A stretch of DNA of 64,000 nt from Bacillota bacterium (GTDB lineage Bacteria; Bacillota; Desulfotomaculia; Desulfotomaculales; Desulforudaceae): assembly GCA_040757205.1 (NCBI GenBank), contig JBFLXL010000007.1:44143-108142 (forward strand), given 5' to 3'. Of this stretch, positions 1 to 8,547 are shown one piece after another (positions within the stretch are counted from its first letter, which is position 1; every line of letters begins with the position of its first letter). A program made the translations under genes and the position numbers. Below the pieces are notes generated by a model. That model was given only the letters and a program-made list of their open reading frames with translations, was not told where the DNA came from and ran no database searches.

Positions 1-116
1 GTCACAAACCCCACCAGGATGTGTGCCGGAGTCACCTTGTAGTTGGTCAGGTCCATCAGCAGTTGGCCCACCACGCAGATGAGGCCGCCTACTATGAAGG
101 CCGTCAGGAAAATCAC
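1..116 (-). CDS. spoVAE: Stage V sporulation protein AE, N-terminal part (runs off window)
   Basis: GTG at 116 preceded by AAGGAAGGGG. Translation VIFLTAFIVGGLICVVGQLLMDLTNYKVTPAHILVGF matches the SpoVAE N-terminus. Follows spoVAC-spoVAD. Confidence 0.7.
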   Translation of the reverse strand, partial: MIFLTAFIVGGLICVVGQLLMDLTNYKVTPAHILVGFV

Positions 117-134
117 CGGGCCGCCGCCCCTTCC

Positions 135-1151
135 TTACCGTCTCTCAATTACTACCCCGTGGCCGATTCCCGGAATGGTTTCTCCCTGTTTGGGGGAGTC
201 GGCGTTCAGCAGCGCACCGGTGCCCACGCCCAAGAAGCGCTGGAGTTTCCCGGCCTGAAGCTGCTGCAGCAGATAACCCCCGGTGACCACCGCCGAACAG
301 GCGCAACCGCTGCCCCCGGCGTGGGTATCCTGCGTGTCGTGGTCGTAGATCAGTATTCCGCAATCGGTATACCGGCCCTCCACCCGGTAGCCGTGGTCCC
401 CGATCAGCCCCTGGGCCAGTTCCCGGCCGTAGATCCCCAGGTCCCCGGTGACCACCAGGTCGTAGAACTCCGGCGGCCGCCCGGTGTCCTGAAAGTGCCG
501 GACGATGGTATCGGCCGCGGCGGGGGCCATTGCCGCCCCAAAGTTGGTGGGATCACTCTGACCCAGGTCAATCACCTTTCCGACGGTGGCGTGGGTGATG
601 ACCGGACCGGCCCCTTGGGACGCCAGGACCATGGCGCCCGCGCCGGTGACCGTCCAGCTCTGCGCCAGGGAGCGCTGCACCCCCTGTTCGGTCGGAAACC
701 GGAACTGCTTTTCGGCGGTGCAGCAGTGCGAAGACGCGGCCACCAGCACTTTCTCCGCGAAGCCGCCGTCGATGAGCACGGCGCCGATAATCAGCCCTTC
801 GTAAAAGGTGGAGCAGGCGCCGAAAAGCCCCAGGTGGGGGATGCCCAGGCTGCGGGCCGCAAAAGAAGAGGCCAGGATCTGGTTCTCCAGATCTCCGGCC
901 AGGAAGAAGTCAATTCCCTGCGGACCAAGGCCCGCTTTTTTCAGGGCGGTCTTCGCCGCGTCCTCGAGCATCCGGCGCTCGGCGTGCTCCCAGGACTTCT
1001 CCCCGTGATAGGGATCGTCAATGGCCAGGTCAAAGGTTTTCCCGAGCGGCCCCCGGGCCTCCTTGCCACCCACGACGGTACCGCTGGCCACGATCACCGG
1101 GGGGTTCTGGAAAACGAGCGTTTGCAGGCCTTTCTTCTTGGCGGCAGGCAT
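135..1151 (-). CDS. spoVAD: Stage V sporulation protein AD
   Basis: 338 aa ORF with a thiolase-like SpoVAD sequence (VASGTVVGGKE...GDLENQ...), between spoVAC and spoVAE. Confidence 0.9.
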   Translation of the reverse strand: MPAAKKKGLQTLVFQNPPVIVASGTVVGGKEARGPLGKTFDLAIDDPYHGEKSWEHAERRMLEDAAKTALKKAGLGPQGIDFFLAGDLENQILASSFAARSLGIPHLGLFGACSTFYEGLIIGAVLIDGGFAEKVLVAASSHCCTAEKQFRFPTEQGVQRSLAQSWTVTGAGAMVLASQGAGPVITHATVGKVIDLGQSDPTNFGAAMAPAAADTIVRHFQDTGRPPEFYDLVVTGDLGIYGRELAQGLIGDHGYRVEGRYTDCGILIYDHDTQDTHAGGSGCACSAVVTGGYLLQQLQAGKLQRFLGVGTGALLNADSPKQGETIPGIGHGVVIERR

Positions 1152-1163
1152 GCGTATCCTCCG

Positions 1164-1625
1164 TCATCTGAACCAGAAATAGAAGAGCCCGGTGAGCCAG
1201 GCCGTCACAATTCCGAATACCAGGACCGGACCGGCGATGGTGAAAAGCCGCGCACCCACCCCGAGGACCAGCCCTTCGTTTCGCGCTTCCATGGCCGGCG
1301 CCACCATCGCGTTCGCAAAACCGGTGATCGGCACGATCACTCCCGCACCGGCGTATTTCGCGATATCGTCGAACACCCCCAACCCGGTCAGGAAGGCGGC
1401 GATAAAGATCAGCACCACCGCCGTCATGGTTCCGGACTCCAGCACGGGCAGCCCCGCCGCCAAAAACGCGCTCAATAAGCCCTGACCGACGGCGCAGACG
1501 AGCCCCCCGACCACGAACGCCCAGATTGCGTTCACCAGGACATTGGGTTTGGGGTTGATCCGGTCGGTGAAGTTCCGGTAGTGCTTGCGTTGGATCCCGG
1601 CCGGTTTGGTGAAGTCAACGTTCAA
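1164..1625 (-). CDS. spoVAC: Stage V sporulation protein AC
   Basis: 153 aa membrane protein with a typical SpoVAC sequence (NAIWAFVVGGLVCAVGQ...). Operon context. Confidence 0.9.
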   Translation of the reverse strand: MNVDFTKPAGIQRKHYRNFTDRINPKPNVLVNAIWAFVVGGLVCAVGQGLLSAFLAAGLPVLESGTMTAVVLIFIAAFLTGLGVFDDIAKYAGAGVIVPITGFANAMVAPAMEARNEGLVLGVGARLFTIAGPVLVFGIVTAWLTGLFYFWFR

Positions 1626-1671
1626 AACCCTGACACCCCGCCTGTCTAAAGCTTACCGGTCGTTACCGGGA

Positions 1672-1866
1672 CTATTCCACGTAGGCGATCTTCAGGTCGG
1701 CCTTGTACTCGACCACCCGGCCGTCCTGCACATCCGCGGTCATGTTCACCACCTCGACCCCGGTGATGTTACCGATCTTTTGGGCGGCTTCCCCTACCGC
1801 GCTGAGTACCGCGTCATCCCAGCTCTTCTTGGACTGGGCCACCAACTCCGCCACTTTCACCTGCAT
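1672..1866 (-). CDS. Dodecin family protein
   Basis: 64 aa with the dodecin-like pattern VAELVAQSKKSWDDAV..A..A...I..V.V......V.DG.VVEYKADLKIAY. Confidence 0.65.
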   Translation of the reverse strand: MQVKVAELVAQSKKSWDDAVLSAVGEAAQKIGNITGVEVVNMTADVQDGRVVEYKADLKIAYVE

Positions 1867-1954
1867 GTTCTTTGTTCCTCCTCGTGCGATAGATGCGGTG
1901 AACCCTAAAACCAGATTTATTATGCCGGTGCCCCGCCGGGATTATTCCCGCGGT

Positions 1955-2734
1955 TCAAAGCTCGGCTCCGGCCATGTTTTTCAGTTTCTTCAGGGCTTCC
2001 CTTTCCAAGCGGGACACCTGCACCTGGGAAAGCCCCAGGCTGCGCGCCACTTCCGCCTGAGTTTTGTCCTCGAAAAAGCGCCAAACCACGATCCGCCGGT
2101 CCCGTTCCGGCAGGCCGTCCAGGAGTTCATGCAGCGCGATCCGCTCGACCCAGGCGCCTTCGTTCCCTTCCTTGTTCTGAACCTGATCCATAACGTGGAT
2201 CGGATCTCCCTCGTCCTGGTGCAGAATTTCGTACAACGAGGTTGGGGACTGGGCCGCCTCCAGCGCGCCCACCAGTTCCTCGCGGGGGATGCCCAGTTCC
2301 TCGGCCAGCTCGCCGATAGTGGGGTCGCGGTCCAGCCGCGCTTGAAGCTGTTCACGCGCCGACTGCGCTTTCCAGGCCAGCTCCTTCAAAGAACGGCTGA
2401 CGCGCAGCGGGGTGTCGTCCCGCAAAAATCGCCGGATCTCCCCGATGATCATGGGGACGGCGTAGGTGGAAAACCTCACTTTGAAGCGCAGGTCGAACTT
2501 GTCAATCGCCTTCATGAGACCGATGCAGCCGATCTGGAACAGGTCGTCGGGATCGTAGCCCCGCCCCTCGAAGCGCCTGATAACGTTGCAGACCAGCTTC
2601 AGGTTGGCGTTGATCAGTGTTTCCCGGGCCAACACGTCGCCTTGCTGGGACAGTCGCAACAGGCGGCGGGTCTCCCGGTCCTTAAGCAGGGGGTGGTTGG
2701 GAATATTGAGGTCAATTCGCGTGCGCATGGCCAC
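1955..2734 (-). CDS. sigF: Sporulation sigma factor SigF
   Basis: 259 aa sigma-70 family protein with regions 2-4, immediately downstream of spoIIAA-spoIIAB. Confidence 0.92.
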   Translation of the reverse strand: MAMRTRIDLNIPNHPLLKDRETRRLLRLSQQGDVLARETLINANLKLVCNVIRRFEGRGYDPDDLFQIGCIGLMKAIDKFDLRFKVRFSTYAVPMIIGEIRRFLRDDTPLRVSRSLKELAWKAQSAREQLQARLDRDPTIGELAEELGIPREELVGALEAAQSPTSLYEILHQDEGDPIHVMDQVQNKEGNEGAWVERIALHELLDGLPERDRRIVVWRFFEDKTQAEVARSLGLSQVQVSRLEREALKKLKNMAGAEL

Positions 2735-3158
2735 CGGGCAATCCGGCCCGCTTGGTCATCAGCACCTTGGTGCCGCGGCCGGGCACCGTCTGCACGTCAA
2801 GAGTATCCATAAACGACCGGATGAAGGAAAAACCCAGCCCAAGGCGCTCCACCCCGCTCGTGTAACCGGGGCGCAGGGCTTCCGCCAGGTTCCCGATCCC
2901 TTTGCCGCCGTCTTCAACGGCGATCTCCAGCTCATTCCCCCGGACTACGGCGGTCACTTTGACCAACTGGTCCGGCGCCCCTTGATAACCATGGATGATG
3001 GCGTTGGAAACCGCTTCGGACACCGCACCCTTGATGTCGTCCAGTTCACTGACTGTATAGTTGAGCTGCGCGGCAAAGGCAGCCACCGTCACCCGGGCCA
3101 GCCCCACGTTCACCGGTAGGCTGTAGAACTCCAAACGCAAGAAATTGTGATAATCCAA
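2712..3158 (-). CDS. spoIIAB: Anti-sigma F factor (serine kinase)
   Basis: 148 aa HATPase_c-type protein (ARVTVAAFAAQL ... GLGF), between spoIIAA and sigF. Confidence 0.9.
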   Translation of the reverse strand: MDYHNFLRLEFYSLPVNVGLARVTVAAFAAQLNYTVSELDDIKGAVSEAVSNAIIHGYQGAPDQLVKVTAVVRGNELEIAVEDGGKGIGNLAEALRPGYTSGVERLGLGFSFIRSFMDTLDVQTVPGRGTKVLMTKRAGLPGGHAHAN

Positions 3159-3193
3159 GCCGACCGTCCTCCTCTACCCCATTACCCCATTAC

Positions 3194-3550
3194 CTACCCC
3201 ATCTGGGCCAGGGCTTCCTCCTCGGTGGCATACTCCCGCCCGATCCGCAAAAGACCTGACAGTTCCAGCACCCGCCGGACTCCCGGAGGTGCAGAAACAA
3301 AAACCATTTCCCCGCTTCCGCCGGAAATCCTCTTGTACCGGCCGAGAATCACCCCCAAACACGAACTGTCCACGAATGAGACCGCCTCAAGGTTAAAAAC
3401 CAGGTTGGCCGTGGCCGTTTCGTCCAGCGCCCGGTCCAACCTGGTCCGGAGTTCGTCGGCGACCTGGAGGTCCAGTTCACCCGAGAGACGGGCGATCAGG
3501 GCATTCCCGCGGTGGTCAACGGTAAGCAATAAGGACTCCTCCCCGCCCAC
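3194..3550 (-). CDS. spoIIAA: Anti-sigma F factor antagonist (STAS domain)
   Basis: STAS pattern LSGELDL...FVDSSCLGVILG. The track ORF extends to 3637, but a GTG at 3550 gives the usual ~118 aa. Start uncertain. Confidence 0.8.
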   Translation of the reverse strand: MGGEESLLLTVDHRGNALIARLSGELDLQVADELRTRLDRALDETATANLVFNLEAVSFVDSSCLGVILGRYKRISGGSGEMVFVSAPPGVRRVLELSGLLRIGREYATEEEALAQMG

Positions 3551-3633
3551 GTGCTGCCGGACTCCTTCGCCGGGCTGAACCGGATTTCCTGCTAAAAGTT
3601 TCCAGCTGGGGCGGAAAATCTCCCGGGCCGAAC

Positions 3634-4788
3634 TCAACCGCAGATCCTCTCGGTCATCCGCATGAACTGCTGCGCGAACGAAGCCTCGGGCACGTCCTTC
3701 GCCGGCACTAGGCCCACCCGGAGCACTTCCCTGCCGTTTTGCAACACCACGTAAGCGCCCAGAGCTTCGCCCTGTCTCAAGGGGGCCGTCAGGCGCGCGG
3801 GCAGCTCCACGCGAAAGTCAACGCCCTCTTTTTCTCCCCGGGACACCACCGCACAAACTTCGTGCGGCACGATCAGGTCGACGGCGGTGTGAACCCCTTT
3901 GTCCACGGGCAGCGTCTTGATCAATTCGCCTTCCCGGGCCAGGACCACCGCCTCAAACCTGGCGAAGCCCCAGTTGTAAAGCTTGACGGACTCTCGAAAA
4001 TGGCCTTTTGTTTCCGGCACCGCAAGCACCACGGCAATCAAACGGAGGTTGTCCTTTTTGGCGCTGGACGCCATGCAGTACTTGGCTTCGTTGGTCCAAC
4101 CGGTCTTGCCGGCCTCGGCCCCCGGATACCACCACAGGAGCTTGTTGGTATTCCAAAGCTTGAATTCTCCCCCACGCAGGTCGTATTCCTTGATGGCCGA
4201 TACTTCACGGAACACCGGGTGTTTCATTGCCTCCCGGAGGATCACCGCCTGATCGTGGGCGGAGGAGTAATGCCCCTCGGCCGGCAAGCCCGTCGGATTG
4301 ACGTAATGCGTGTGTTTTGCCCCCAGTTCCGCCGCCCGTTCGTTCATCATCTGCACAAACGCCTCTTCGCTCCCGGCGATGTGCTCCGCGATGGCGACAC
4401 TGGCGTCGTTGGCCGAACCGGTGGCCACGCTGATGAGCAGTTCACGGAAACTCATTTCCTCCTGCGGCGCCAGGTAGATCTGAGCACCGCCCATTCCCGC
4501 CGCATGTTCGCTGGTGACAATAATGTCGTCGAGTTTAGCCTTGCCGCTGTCCAGGGCCTCGACGGCCAGCAGCATGGTCATAATTTTGGTCACGCTGGCG
4601 ATGGGCAGTTCCTTGTTGGGTTCTTTTTCATACAGTATTCGGCCGGACACCGGCTCCAGCAGGACCGCCGATTCGGCCTCCGTTTCCGGGCCTTGCCCGG
4701 AGGCCTTTACCGCTGCGGCGGCAGAACCGGCAAACACGAGCAACACGGTCAGGGTGACGATGACACTCAGCACAAAGCGTTGACGCAC
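3634..4788 (-). CDS. dacF: D-alanyl-D-alanine carboxypeptidase (sporulation PBP, DacF-like)
   Basis: Signal peptide; SVTK (SxxK), SAN (SxN) and KTG motifs all present. Upstream of spoIIAA, as in Bacillus. Confidence 0.85.
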   Translation of the reverse strand: MRQRFVLSVIVTLTVLLVFAGSAAAAVKASGQGPETEAESAVLLEPVSGRILYEKEPNKELPIASVTKIMTMLLAVEALDSGKAKLDDIIVTSEHAAGMGGAQIYLAPQEEMSFRELLISVATGSANDASVAIAEHIAGSEEAFVQMMNERAAELGAKHTHYVNPTGLPAEGHYSSAHDQAVILREAMKHPVFREVSAIKEYDLRGGEFKLWNTNKLLWWYPGAEAGKTGWTNEAKYCMASSAKKDNLRLIAVVLAVPETKGHFRESVKLYNWGFARFEAVVLAREGELIKTLPVDKGVHTAVDLIVPHEVCAVVSRGEKEGVDFRVELPARLTAPLRQGEALGAYVVLQNGREVLRVGLVPAKDVPEASFAQQFMRMTERICG

Positions 4789-4944
4789 GGTACGCCCTCC
4801 CTTGTTCTTGTTGCCCCTTAGTATGTTTAGTTACCGGCATCGTATACCGGCCTGAAAACCAGCCTGGAAGTACCTGTAAGCCGCCCGCGCCGGCGGCGGT
4901 TTGCTTGACATTTTCGTCCCTGCTGCTTATAATCAAGATTGCGC

Positions 4945-5020
4945 GGGGGAGTAGTTCAAATGGCAGAACAGCGGTCTCCAAAACCGAAGGTTGTGGGTTC
5001 GATTCCTGCCTCCCCCGCCA
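4945..5020 (+). tRNA. trnW: tRNA-Trp (anticodon CCA)
   Basis: Acceptor stem GGGGGAG/CTCCCCC, anticodon loop CTCCAAA, T-arm GTGGG-TTCGATT-CCTGC, encoded CCA end. Confidence 0.9.
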
Positions 5021-5130
5021 TTATTTTTAGGATTTCAGCCCTAGGGATTTTTCATAATGAGAGCCGTAAACAGATGTCCAGCCCCGGGACCTGCTGGAAC
5101 ACGTCGCCGACAAAGAGGAAGGTGTTATCG

Positions 5131-5598
5131 ATGTCCAATGGTAACGAATTAACTGCCATGCTGCGCGGTATAATCAAAGAGGAAATGCAGTCCGTCCGGC
5201 AGGAGGTCCGGTCCATTGTACAGGAAGAATTAAAGCCTGTCCGTCAGGACCTGCAGGAGTTAAGAACAGACCTGCAGGAGTTAAGAACAGGCCAGCAGGA
5301 GTTAAGAACAGACCTGCAGGAGTTAAGAACAGACCTGCAGGAGTTAAGAACAGGCCAGCAGGAGTTAAGAACAGGCCAGCAGGAGTTAAGAACAGACCTG
5401 CAGGAGTTAAGAACAGGCCAGCAGGAGTTAAGAACAGGCCAGCAGGAGTTAAGAACAGGCCAGCAGGAGTTAAGAACAGACGTTAATAAAATCCAGAAGG
5501 ACGTTGCTATCATCAAGAAAGAACTAAGTGCAGTTTGGGACGACATTAAACGCCTGGACAATCGCCTTTCCACTCAGGAGGAAAGGGCCATCCGTTAA
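5131..5598 (+). CDS. Coiled-coil protein with 11 perfect heptad repeats (DLQELRT/GQQELRT)
   Basis: ATG at 5131 with GAGGAAGG RBS. The track ORF start at 4939 would overlap tRNA-Trp. Followed by a rho-independent terminator. Confidence 0.75.
   Translation: MSNGNELTAMLRGIIKEEMQSVRQEVRSIVQEELKPVRQDLQELRTDLQELRTGQQELRTDLQELRTDLQELRTGQQELRTGQQELRTDLQELRTGQQELRTGQQELRTGQQELRTDVNKIQKDVAIIKKELSAVWDDIKRLDNRLSTQEERAIR
5248..5478 (+). repeat. Tandem repeat, 21 nt x 11, two unit types
   Basis: Units are gacctgcaggagttaagaaca (D) and ggccagcaggagttaagaaca (G), in order D D G D D G G D G G G. Units differ only at 2 nt. Confidence 0.95.
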
Positions 5599-5602
5599 AG
5601 CA

Positions 5603-5633
5603 CCCGGCCAAAACGCCGGGTTTTTCGTTTTTT
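5603..5633 (+). terminator. Rho-independent terminator
   Basis: CCCGGC-caaaac-GCCGGG followed by TTTTTCGTTTTTT. Confidence 0.8.
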
Positions 5634-5870
5634 GATGGGCCGTGTTTGCCCACCCGCTCGGCCGTATGCCGGTGTTCCCTTGGCTCCGGCATGCTCTCCA
5701 AAAGGCAGGTGTCCACGATCTCTTTGGAAGAAACCCATAACCGGTCATTTGTCGGGCATTTAACCTGCGTCCTCGAGGAGTTGGGAGTTGGTCTCCAATT
5801 AATTAATCATCGCCTGCATCTGAGATCTTGTAAGGGTTTGTCCCCACTTGTCGGCAAAGGGGCGGTTTGG

Positions 5871-6158
5871 TTGTCCCATCCAGATGAGGAAACCCAGCAA
5901 TGCCCCCGGTGCGGTTCGGAACATGTGGCCCGCACGGGCTACACGCTGGCGATTGCCATTGTCATGCTGCTCTGGTTCGGAATCTACATTATGATCTTCG
6001 TCAACCCGCTGGCCGGAATGGCGACGATTGCGCTCGCGGTGGTGCTTATCCTGCGGGTGGCCGACCCCGACAAAAAAAAGACCCGTTGCCGGCGCTGCGG
6101 TCACGCTTGGTTCAATGCCAAACCCCGAACCGGTGACAACGATAATCCCGGTCCCTAA
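5871..6158 (+). CDS. Small membrane protein with split zinc ribbon (CPRC...2 TM...CRRC)
   Basis: In-frame TTG at 5871 with AAGGGG 8 nt upstream. The track ORF starts at 5646. Two hydrophobic helices lie between two CxxC pairs. Start uncertain. Confidence 0.45.
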   Translation: MSHPDEETQQCPRCGSEHVARTGYTLAIAIVMLLWFGIYIMIFVNPLAGMATIALAVVLILRVADPDKKKTRCRRCGHAWFNAKPRTGDNDNPGP

Positions 6159-6244
6159 AAACTGCCGCACTACAACCGCCAGAAGGCCTTTGCCGCCCTA
6201 TCGGACTGGGATCGCGGGCAACGAAGGGCATCACGAAAACGAAA

Positions 6245-6290
6245 GCAGGAGGGCTTCGGTCCTCCTGCCGCGTTTCTGCCCCGTTTTGTT
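6245..6290. terminator. Bidirectional terminator between convergent genes
   Basis: GCAGGAGG-gcttcggt-CCTCCTGC with T-rich tracts on both strands. Confidence 0.6.
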
Positions 6291-6326
6291 ATTCCGGGGG
6301 CCTGGGCCCCCTGCTTGTTTGACCCC

Positions 6327-8348
6327 CTACTTGTTTTCGGCGGCTTGCCTTTCCTGCTTGATCACCTTTTCCGCGAGGTGGGCGGGCATTTCCTCGTAGG
6401 AACCGAACTGCATGGTGAAAGACGCCCGGCCCTGGGTCATGGCCTTCAGGTCGATGGCGTAACGCGCCAGTTCGCCCAACGGGACGGTGGCTCGAATCCT
6501 GGTCCGCTTCCCTTCCGGCTCCATCCCCAGGATGCGGCCGCGCTTTCCGTTAAGGTCACTGATGATGTCCCCCATGAACCCCTCGGGCGCCGTCACCTCC
6601 ACCTCCATAATCGGTTCCAGGAGCACCGGCTGGGCCTGCAGCACACCCTTCTTGAAAGCCATCGAAGCCGCGATCTTGAACGCCATTTCCGAGGAGTCCA
6701 CCGGGTGGTAGGAGCCGTCATACAGCACCGCCTTGATCCCGGTGGTCGGGTAACCGGCCACCACGCCCTCCTGCATTGCTTCCCGGATGCCTTTTTCCAC
6801 CGCCGGGAAGAACCCGTTGGGCACGGAACCGCCAAACACCTCTTCGTCGAAGACAAAATCGGTGCCGTCGGTCAGGGGTTCCAGGCGGACCCAAACGTGC
6901 CCGTACTGCCCGCGGCCGCCCGTCTGTTTCTTGTATTTCCCTTCGACCCTGGTTTCGTTGCGGATGGTCTCCCGGTAAGGAATCCGCAGCGGGTCGAGCA
7001 CCACGTCCAGCCCGTACTTCCGTCTGAACCGGTCGACGATGATGTCCAGTTGGGCTTCGCCCATCCCGGTGATGACGGTCTGCTTCGTTTCCGCGTTTTT
7101 CTTGATCCGGACCGTCGGTTCCTCTTCGACGATCCGGGCCAGCGCCGTGGAGAGTTTATCCTCGTCACCCTTGCTCTTCGGGCTGATGGCCAGGGACAAC
7201 ATCGGGGAGGGGAAGTCGATCCCTTCCAGGACCAGCGGGTTATCCTTGGTGGTCAGGGTGTCGCCCGTACCCGTTTCCTGAAGCTTCACCAGCACGCAGA
7301 TATCGCCGGCCGGCACCGCCTCCGCGCCCTGTTGGTTCTTGCCCCGCACATACAATACCTGTCCGATTTTTTCGGTCTTCTCCTTGTTAGCGTTGAATAC
7401 GCTGCTGTCGCTCTTCAGTTCTCCCGAATACACCCGGACAAAGTTCATCCGCCCGACGTAGGGATCGGTCAGCGTCTTGAAGACCAGTGCGGCCAGTTGC
7501 TTGCCGGTTTCCAGCGCGGGAGGCGCGAAGTACCGGGCCGCCGCGGCTGTGATCAAGTCCACCCCGATGTTCCTGACCGCCGACCCGGTGAATACCGGCA
7601 CCAGCTTGCCGGCTCTGAACGCCTCGGCTAATCCCAGATTCACTTCTTCGGGGGTGAGCGCTTCACCGTCCAGGTACTTGGTGATATAGTCGTCGTTCGC
7701 CTCAGCGGCGGCCTCGATCAACTGCTCCCGGTACTCCTCCACCACGGGTTCCAAGTTTTCGGGCACCGGAGTTTCCTCGGGCTTTCCGTTGGCGTATTTA
7801 AAGGCCTTGCCGTCCACAATGTCGACCACGCCCTCGAAGGTTTCGGCGTTGCCGATGGGGAGCTGGAACGGCACGAAACGGGCCTCGAATTTCTCCTTCA
7901 GTTCGTCCAAGACCTTAAAGAAGTTGGCGTTTTCCCGGTCCAGCTTGTTGATGAACACCATGCGGGGCAGTCCCCGTTCAGCGGCGATATCCCAGGTGAT
8001 CTCGGTCATCACCTCAACGCCGTCCACGGCGCTGACCACGACCAGCGCCCCGTCGACCACCCGCAGCGCGGCCTTCACGTCACCGACAAAGTCCAAAAAC
8101 CCGGGTGTGTCCAGTACGTTGAGCTTAAACCCGCTATACTCCACGGGGATGATGCTGGTGTGGACGGTCATCCCCCGCTTGATTTCCTCCGGGTGATAAT
8201 CCCCTACCGTGGTACCGTCCTCCACGCGCCCGATACGGGTGGTGACGCCGGTATTAAAGAGCATCGCCTCCACCAAGGAAGTCTTTCCCGCTCCGCCGTG
8301 GGCAATCAGGCCCACGTTTCGAATCCTTCCGGCCTCGTAATTCTTCAC
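6327..8348 (-). CDS. Elongation factor G paralog (EF-G2-like translational GTPase)
   Basis: G1 AHGGAGKT, G3 DTPG, G4 NKLD, EF-G domains II-V. GTG at 8348 with AGAGGGGG RBS. Not in the str operon context. Confidence 0.85.
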   Translation of the reverse strand: MKNYEAGRIRNVGLIAHGGAGKTSLVEAMLFNTGVTTRIGRVEDGTTVGDYHPEEIKRGMTVHTSIIPVEYSGFKLNVLDTPGFLDFVGDVKAALRVVDGALVVVSAVDGVEVMTEITWDIAAERGLPRMVFINKLDRENANFFKVLDELKEKFEARFVPFQLPIGNAETFEGVVDIVDGKAFKYANGKPEETPVPENLEPVVEEYREQLIEAAAEANDDYITKYLDGEALTPEEVNLGLAEAFRAGKLVPVFTGSAVRNIGVDLITAAAARYFAPPALETGKQLAALVFKTLTDPYVGRMNFVRVYSGELKSDSSVFNANKEKTEKIGQVLYVRGKNQQGAEAVPAGDICVLVKLQETGTGDTLTTKDNPLVLEGIDFPSPMLSLAISPKSKGDEDKLSTALARIVEEEPTVRIKKNAETKQTVITGMGEAQLDIIVDRFRRKYGLDVVLDPLRIPYRETIRNETRVEGKYKKQTGGRGQYGHVWVRLEPLTDGTDFVFDEEVFGGSVPNGFFPAVEKGIREAMQEGVVAGYPTTGIKAVLYDGSYHPVDSSEMAFKIAASMAFKKGVLQAQPVLLEPIMEVEVTAPEGFMGDIISDLNGKRGRILGMEPEGKRTRIRATVPLGELARYAIDLKAMTQGRASFTMQFGSYEEMPAHLAEKVIKQERQAAENK

Positions 8349-8547
8349 GCGACAGCCCCCTCTTGTCAATATTATGATTTCCTGGAAGAAATGCTTCTAT
8401 TCTCACTCTATCAAAGACCGCAAAGCGGTATTTAGTTCTACCGCCATCCTGTGAATTCCTTGTGGCGCGTCCAACTTTTCCAGGCTTCACATAGGCTCGG
8501 CCCACCCCACATAAACATTAACCGGCACAATCAAGGGGCGTAGAGCG

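Noticed and set aside
21-1478. 485-aa plus-strand ORF
   Set aside because: Antisense to the clearly recognisable spoVAD/spoVAC genes. Its Arg/Gly/Pro-rich composition is typical of spurious ORFs in GC-rich DNA.
4939-5130. N-terminal extension of the heptad-repeat ORF
   Set aside because: It would translate through tRNA-Trp. The internal ATG at 5131 has a good RBS.
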